A stretch of 49,046 nt of DNA from a virus (taxonomy: Duplodnaviria > Caudoviricetes). Under the pieces are notes generated by a model. That model worked only from the letters and a program-made list of their open reading frames with translations, was not told where the DNA came from and did no database searches. Location of the stretch: IMG/VR virus record IMGVR_UViG_3300049170_000121, positions 1-49,046 of that record; one strand, given 5' to 3'. Shown here in pieces: positions 43,863 through 49,046 of this stretch. The position numbers and the translations under genes are program-made. Positions within the stretch are counted from its first letter, which is position 1; every line of letters begins with the position of its first letter.

Positions 43863-44208
43863 ACAGATAACAGAGGCTGCGAAATCGAGGGTGCTGGAGT
43901 TGATGAGGTCTGAGCCGGAAGGCGTTCTCTGGTCCGCCGTTGCTGAACACGCCCTCGCGCGCTTCATCATGCAGGTGTCCGATGCGGCGAAGGAGATCGT
44001 TGCGGCAGGAGGCTACTGTCAAACGAAGGACGGCAGGTTCTTTGAGGACGTTCTCGCCCCGTTCATCCTGCCAGATCCGGTCGATCCGCACGAGCAAGCC
44101 ATAATCGAAGTTATCTCGCGCTGGTCGGAGGACGATGGCTACTTCGCCACCGATGCGATCCGTGACGCATTCAAGCGCGGCATCGAATTGGCTCATTCCA
44201 ATGGGTAG
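43855..44208 (+). CDS. Hypothetical protein
   Basis: GTG start after GGAG, coupled. Confidence 0.6.
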   Translation: MAEQITEAAKSRVLELMRSEPEGVLWSAVAEHALARFIMQVSDAAKEIVAAGGYCQTKDGRFFEDVLAPFILPDPVDPHEQAIIEVISRWSEDDGYFATDAIRDAFKRGIELAHSNG

Positions 44209-44301
44209 CCTCTATCTCAAAGCATGTGCGCTTGGCGCTATGGCTGCGGGGGGTGTGTTCCTCTTGGGTGAGGGGATTGCGTACACTTGGAATCCGTTCC
44301 T

Positions 44302-44934
44302 GTGAGCCGCGTCGAGACGATAGGCCGCGCTACGCTTTACCTTGGGGATTGTCGGGAGATCCTTGCCGCGTTGCCGAAGGTGGACGCGGTGGTCACTGAT
44401 CCGCCGTATGGCATCGGCATCACCAAGAGCAACCGCTTGGCTGTCAGCAGGGGGATGGGCGGCAAGTCATGGGATGATGAGACGCCCACCGCCGGATTCA
44501 TCGCTGAAATGGCCGCAGTTGCCCCACAGGCGATCATCTGGGGCGGCAACTACTTCCGGTTGCCGGAAACCCGCTGCGTCCTTGTGTGGGACAAGCAGAA
44601 CGACGACCGCGACTTCGCTGACCTTGAGATGGCGTGGACCAACATTGACGCTGTAGCCCGCATCTTTCGGATGCGACCGCAGAACATGGACGGCGGCAAG
44701 GTTCATCCAACGCAGAAGCCGATCCGCCTGATGCGGTGGTGCATCGACAAACTAAACGACCCGCAGACCATCCTCGACCCATTCATGGGATCAGGGAGCA
44801 CTGGCTGCGCCGCTGTCGCGATGGGCCGGGGCTTCATCGGCATCGAGCGCGAGGCTGATTACTTCGACATAGCCTGCAAGCGCATCGACGAGGCGCAGCG
44901 CCAAGGCGACCTGTTTCTGGAGAGCGCAGCATGA
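44302..44934 (+). CDS. N6A/N4C DNA methyltransferase (beta class)
   Basis: LYLGDC, VTDPPYG, HPTQKP, ILDPFMGSGSTG. Confidence 0.92.
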   Translation: MSRVETIGRATLYLGDCREILAALPKVDAVVTDPPYGIGITKSNRLAVSRGMGGKSWDDETPTAGFIAEMAAVAPQAIIWGGNYFRLPETRCVLVWDKQNDDRDFADLEMAWTNIDAVARIFRMRPQNMDGGKVHPTQKPIRLMRWCIDKLNDPQTILDPFMGSGSTGCAAVAMGRGFIGIEREADYFDIACKRIDEAQRQGDLFLESAA

Positions 44935-45091
44935 CCCCCGAGCCCACCTTCATCCTCAAGACCTCCTCTGGCGCAGCAATGATGAGCTTTGACAGCCTCC
45001 ACCGCGCACTTGAGGCGAAGCAAGCCAAGCAGCAGCATTTCCCGAAGCCGTTGCAGATCGTGCGGCGTCGGATTGTCGAGGAGATCGTCGC

Positions 45092-45544
45092 GTGATCGAA
45101 GAGCCGCTGTTTTCCTGCCAAGCCAACGAGTTCTGCCGCACCGAGGTTAGCTATCCCGCTGGACTGCTGCGCGTGTGGAGTGACCAACCCATCTGCGAGG
45201 GCTGCTATGATATGGAGGTGCCCCGCGACGAGGATGACGAGCCGTGGGAGTATTTGCCCCCGTTCGTGCCTGCCTACCGGAAAGCAGCCGCCAAGCTGGT
45301 CGAGGAGAACAAGGCGATGGCACACGACCTTACCCGGTCGATGGATACCGCAAACGACTATCTCAACGAATGCGAGAGGCTTGCGGCGGCGCTGAAACGG
45401 ATCGCAGCCGAGGCTTACGTTTCTGCTGACAGCCTCATCCCCCCATTCAAACCGAACGGTTGGCGCGACGTTGCCGTGGAACGGATCGACATCGCCCGCC
45501 AAGCCCTCGCAGCTTACGAAGGAGGCCGTCATGGATCGGAATGA
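45092..45544 (+). CDS. Hypothetical protein
   Basis: GAGGAG SD, GTGA coupling. Confidence 0.6.
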   Translation: MIEEPLFSCQANEFCRTEVSYPAGLLRVWSDQPICEGCYDMEVPRDEDDEPWEYLPPFVPAYRKAAAKLVEENKAMAHDLTRSMDTANDYLNECERLAAALKRIAAEAYVSADSLIPPFKPNGWRDVAVERIDIARQALAAYEGGRHGSE

Positions 45545-46205
45545 AATCGCGAACGAGGTCCGAACAATCCTTGTCGAGATCGGCGACGCTGACCTGACAA
45601 GCCGAGCATTCGGGACCGCGAAGGCCGACTTGGGGGCGCTAGTCATCAAACACGGATCAGAAATCCTCGCCGCCCTCCGCGAACAGCCGAGCGTCACCTA
45701 CGGCCCCAAGTTCCAACACCTTGCTCCTTTGGTCGAGGCATTGGATGAACAACCGAGCATGGACATAGCGGCAGAGTGCGACCGGCAGATTGCCGCAACA
45801 GCCGTCGTTGGCGACTTCTCGAAGGGCTATGTTCAAGCGTGGAAGGACGCCAAACGGCTGCTAACTAGACAGCCGGGCGAGGCCAGCCCTGCGAACCGGG
45901 GTGGGCCATTTTACAACCTTGACGACGCTCTCGCCCTCCTCGCCCTAGAGGACAAGACCGCCAGCCCTGACAGCGATGTGGTTATGTTGGCGCGCGAGGC
46001 ATTGTGGAAGATCGCCCGCAACGAGGACGCCGCCTACTCGCGCGAACTCGCGGCCCATGCCCTCGCAGCCCTAGAGGACAAGACCGATGGACGCTTCCCG
46101 CAGCCGAGCCGCAAAGCTGAAGCGGAGGCCTGCGGGGAGTGCAGACTGCAACCCGGCGAAACCTGCGACATTTGCGGAGCGAAAGGTGCGACCGATGGAC
46201 GCTGA
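45531..46205 (+). CDS. Mosaic hypothetical protein with internal repeats and C-terminal Zn ribbon
   Basis: AGGAGG SD; EQPS x2, ALEDKT x2, CGEC...CDIC. Confidence 0.6.
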   Translation: MDRNEIANEVRTILVEIGDADLTSRAFGTAKADLGALVIKHGSEILAALREQPSVTYGPKFQHLAPLVEALDEQPSMDIAAECDRQIAATAVVGDFSKGYVQAWKDAKRLLTRQPGEASPANRGGPFYNLDDALALLALEDKTASPDSDVVMLAREALWKIARNEDAAYSRELAAHALAALEDKTDGRFPQPSRKAEAEACGECRLQPGETCDICGAKGATDGR

Positions 46206-46578
46206 CACACCCAAGCTGGTCGAACGGGCGCAGACAATCGCCCGGCAACTCGACTTCCGCACCGTTTATAGCGAGGCGCGCAAACGGATGCTGCGGGATA
46301 TGACCGGCGAAAGCATCGACCACCATCTTGTGCGGGTTGCTGCTGAACACGCCGCCATCGAATCCGAGCAAGCCGCAGCGAGGCGGGCGCTGAAGATGGC
46401 AGCGGAAGTGGCTGGCACACTGGCAACCGAATGGAGCGAGCGTTGGATGCAGGCCACGCCTGATCGGACGGCGCCGCGAGATTACCAGAACGGACGCCTC
46501 GCCGGGTATTCCGATGGTGCGGCAGAAGTGCAGCGCGCCATCCTCGCAATCAATCCATCCGAAGGGACCGATCCATGA
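46195..46578 (+). CDS. Hypothetical protein
   Basis: AAGGT SD, coupled. Confidence 0.6.
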   Translation: MDADTPKLVERAQTIARQLDFRTVYSEARKRMLRDMTGESIDHHLVRVAAEHAAIESEQAAARRALKMAAEVAGTLATEWSERWMQATPDRTAPRDYQNGRLAGYSDGAAEVQRAILAINPSEGTDP

Positions 46579-46811
46579 CGAAGCGTGACGTTGAAATCCA
46601 AGCCCTGCTCCTGCGCCATCGGGCCAACGGCTGCGTCACTGCGCTCTCAAGCTGGCGCTACTCCACGAACACGGAAGCGGCCAAGGTAGCGATCCCCGCC
46701 CTAGAAGCGCGGTATCAGACCCTCGAAGCCGAAGCGGCGGGGCTGGATGCTCTTGTCGAGCAATGGGACGAGTTCGGCCCGCACTTCGAGAAGGGACCGA
46801 GCCATGAGTGA
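46575..46811 (+). CDS. Hypothetical protein
   Basis: ATGA coupling. Confidence 0.6.
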   Translation: MTKRDVEIQALLLRHRANGCVTALSSWRYSTNTEAAKVAIPALEARYQTLEAEAAGLDALVEQWDEFGPHFEKGPSHE

Positions 46812-47040
46812 CTTGTGCCTCATTTGCCGCCGAAGCCTGTCAGAGCACGATATGGGCTTGGGCCTCCCAACGTGCCGGGGGATGGCTGTGCCAACCTACC
46901 GCCCTACACCCGACCTATCCGCCCGCATCATCGCCCGCGCCGATCAGGTGCTTGCGTGGTACCCGGAGGGCGATGGAGATTACAGCGATGGCTTCCGCGA
47001 GGCATGGCGGGAAGCCCGGTTGATGGCGAGGGGGGAATGA
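46804..47040 (+). CDS. Hypothetical protein
   Basis: Overlapping start; CLIC...H...C. Confidence 0.55.
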   Translation: MSDLCLICRRSLSEHDMGLGLPTCRGMAVPTYRPTPDLSARIIARADQVLAWYPEGDGDYSDGFREAWREARLMARGE

Positions 47041-47315
47041 CAGCGCAAGCGATCGCCTCGAAGTTTCGCCGTGCGCTACGGAATGAAACCGGCGCGACAT
47101 TCACGCTAGAACAGTTGCGCGAGCTGGGGGAGTATGGCGTCCTGCGGCTGCTCGCAGAAAAGGAAGCCGACGAACTATGCCCCGCCATGACAGCGACTAC
47201 ATCGTCGGAGACTATTGGCTCGACAAGCGCCGGGATGGCAAAGCGCCGGACATCTGGCAGATCGCCACCGGCACTAGACGCGTCGTCTATCGCAGCACTC
47301 ACACGCGCAGCCTAG
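47037..47315 (+). CDS. Putative excisionase / recombination directionality factor
   Basis: Small ORF upstream of and overlapping int by 139 nt; assigned on position only. Confidence 0.4.
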   Translation: MTAQAIASKFRRALRNETGATFTLEQLRELGEYGVLRLLAEKEADELCPAMTATTSSETIGSTSAGMAKRRTSGRSPPALDASSIAALTRAA

Positions 47316-48451
47316 CCGAAGCCAAGGCAGCGATTGATGCCTTCCACGCCGAACAGCAGGCCAAGCAGCCCCAGGAGGCGCACGATGCGCGGATTATCCC
47401 CCTGCTGGTCACCTACTGGAACGAGCATGGCAAGAAGGCTATCAAGCCCGACCAGATTGCCAGTTCGCTCCGCCAGTTCATCGGCTTCCTGATGCAGGAC
47501 GCAGCCGGCATGAACGCGGTTGTGACCGACCTCACCCCCTCGCTGCTGGAGCGGTTCAGGGAGTGGCGCATGGGTCCGCATGAATATGCGGTGCCGTGGG
47601 GCGGGCGCACATTCAGCCATTCCTCGGCCGGTGTGAAGGGGGAGAGCGTCCAGCGCAACATTGACGACATCCGCGCGGCGATCCTCCACGCCGAGCGAAA
47701 CAAGCGCCTACCGATGGCCCCCAAGATCGGGAACCTGGACAAGCGGTGGCGCTCGCAGGCGCGCGACAATCTGCTGACCATCGAGCAGTTGGGCAAGATC
47801 TACTGGTACACCCGGCACTTCCCCGAGCAGTTCCGCTATTTTGCACTGATGCTGGGCACCGGCTCGCGGCCCGAGGCAGTCGCCAAGTTCGACGCCACGC
47901 GCCAGTACGACGCCAAGCGCGCCCTGATCGACACACAGCACCCCGACGCGCCGCTGACCAACAAGCGCAATCAGTTCATCCCCGCCATTCGCCCACTGCG
48001 CCCGATCCTGCGCGCATGGGCAGAGGAGGGGGCCACGCCGGCTAAGAGCCGCAAGACAGCCTGGCGCACCATGCGGCGGGCGCTAGGGCTGCCTGCGGAC
48101 GTGATTGCCAAGGACATCCGCCACACGGTCGCGACGGAGCTTTACAGCAACGCAGACGTGCCCGAGCGCCAGACCAGCGAGTTGCTGGGCCACGCCGGGC
48201 AGTTGGCTCGCACGACGAAGGTCTATGCCAAGTACCGGCCCGACCGAATGCAGGAGGCCGCGCGGGCGCTGACCACGTTTTGGCTGGAGGTAGCGCGGGA
48301 GGCGCGGCGTTATGGTGCTGACCACATGCTGTCCAAGGACGGGCGCAAGGGTAAGATTGAGGTCGCGAAAAGAGGTGCAAAAGGGAAGGATTTGTGCCAC
48401 TTTAGCGCCGTGGGCGGTGACGGGCTCGAACCGCCGACCCTCTCGGTGTAA
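47177..48451 (+). CDS. int: Tyrosine recombinase (integrase)
   Basis: TGSRPEA (R), KDIRHT (HxxR variant), LLGH, TTKVYAKY; abuts att. Confidence 0.92.
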   Translation: MPRHDSDYIVGDYWLDKRRDGKAPDIWQIATGTRRVVYRSTHTRSLAEAKAAIDAFHAEQQAKQPQEAHDARIIPLLVTYWNEHGKKAIKPDQIASSLRQFIGFLMQDAAGMNAVVTDLTPSLLERFREWRMGPHEYAVPWGGRTFSHSSAGVKGESVQRNIDDIRAAILHAERNKRLPMAPKIGNLDKRWRSQARDNLLTIEQLGKIYWYTRHFPEQFRYFALMLGTGSRPEAVAKFDATRQYDAKRALIDTQHPDAPLTNKRNQFIPAIRPLRPILRAWAEEGATPAKSRKTAWRTMRRALGLPADVIAKDIRHTVATELYSNADVPERQTSELLGHAGQLARTTKVYAKYRPDRMQEAARALTTFWLEVAREARRYGADHMLSKDGRKGKIEVAKRGAKGKDLCHFSAVGGDGLEPPTLSV

Positions 48452-48452
48452 A
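48410..48452. repeat. att core, right copy
   Basis: Identical to 1760-1802. Confidence 0.97.
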
Positions 48453-48483
48453 CGAGATGCTCTACCAACTGAGCTAACCGCCC
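48411..48483 (-). tRNA. tRNA-Val (TAC), no encoded CCA
   Basis: GGGCGGTTAGCTCAGTTGGTAGAGCATCTCGTTTACACCGAGAGGGTCGGCGGTTCGAGCCCGTCACCGCCCA folds as a cloverleaf; anticodon arm TCTCG-TTTACAC-CGAGA. Confidence 0.96.
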
Positions 48484-48911
48484 CACGCACGGGAAGCCGC
48501 CATTTCTGAGGGTTTGCGGCCCACGTCAAGAGGCACGAAAACGGAACGGAGCGGAAACGCATGGCGAAGGACGGAACAGAGAGTCCCGGAATAGTCCCGA
48601 ACCAGGAAGAGCGCTTCTTCTCCGCCGATTGCTTAGCCGCTGAGCCGAGGCTGGCGAGAGTGCCACTGAAGGTGCTTGATACAAGCTGGTTTGGCCACAC
48701 GCTCCCATGGGGCGAGTTGATGGCATTCCATCGAGACGGTGAGTTGCTGCACGTTTACGATGCAACCATCGGCAAGGAATATCTGCCCACCACCCGGGCC
48801 ATGCAGAGACTCGCGAGCCTGCCGCATTGGGGGTCGCGAACTACTTCGCCGAGAGGTAAGTCTGCAAACCTGCGGACGGGAGCTTCGACAAGATCACAAA
48901 GGGGGCACGGA

Positions 48912-49046
48912 ATGTGTGAAAACGAAAGTGTCACAACCTCTCTCGCTGTTGGCGAGGTCATTACTTCCGGAACCGCTCAGCTAACAGCGCATCAAATCAT
49001 TCACTTCGCCACAGCGTTCGACCCGCAGCCCATGCACATCGACTAA
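48912..49046 (+). pseudogene. MaoC-family dehydratase N-terminal fragment (host)
   Basis: IIHFATAFDPQPMHID followed at once by TAA; this motif normally lies in the N-terminal third of the protein. Confidence 0.55.

Larger units (their letters stand above)
1760..48452. mobile_element. Complete temperate prophage with P22-like short-tail morphogenesis genes, integrated in tRNA-Val
   Basis: 43-bp terminal direct repeat, integrase, repressor/cro, replication, packaging, head, tail and lysis modules all present. Confidence 0.96.

Noticed and set aside
48561-48911. N-terminal part of the 161-aa ORF 48561-49046
   Set aside because: No recognisable motif; MaoC similarity starts only near ATG 48912
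1-49046. CRISPR array, DGR/retron, IS element, intron/intein or known defence system
   Set aside because: No repeat-spacer array, reverse transcriptase, transposase or split core gene seen by eye; divergent small defence or anti-defence genes cannot be excluded without HMM searches

Overview
The window holds an apparently complete ~46.7 kb temperate prophage (1760-48452) integrated into the 3' half of a tRNA-Val(TAC) gene and bounded by a 43-bp direct repeat. The GC-rich host is probably an alphaproteobacterium, most likely Sphingomonadales (inference). Host genes flank it: a TlpA thioredoxin and an intradiol dioxygenase-like gene on the left, a truncated MaoC-like fragment on the right. The minus strand carries cro, a cII-position gene, ERF/YqaJ/SSB recombination genes, DUF1376-helicase-primase replication genes and a late regulator. 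It continues with a P22-like short-tail morphogenesis operon (TerS, TerL, portal, GroES, scaffold, capsid, gp4-, gp10-, gp26- and GNAT-like proteins, three ejection proteins, tailspike) and a lysis cassette. The plus strand carries a short repressor, many small early genes, two DNA methyltransferases, two HNH genes (a third HNH sits in the lysis cassette), xis and the integrase. Best leads: (1) a CCC-TAG +1 frameshift site that would fuse an M15A peptidase to an ejection protein; (2) a 3.4 kb insert between the gp4- and gp10-like genes encoding a lectin-like protein, a secreted DUF1996 protein and an antisense sulfotransferase + HTH pair; (3) a structured late leader hiding a 34-aa hydrophobic peptide whose SD can be sequestered; (4) two tiny membrane ORFs at the P22 sieA position; (5) an HNH gene that appears to have captured the first codons of the adjacent methyltransferase; (6) an integrase that ends inside the tRNA, which loses its encoded CCA on integration. 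All protein calls come from motifs and synteny read by eye; no database search was run.
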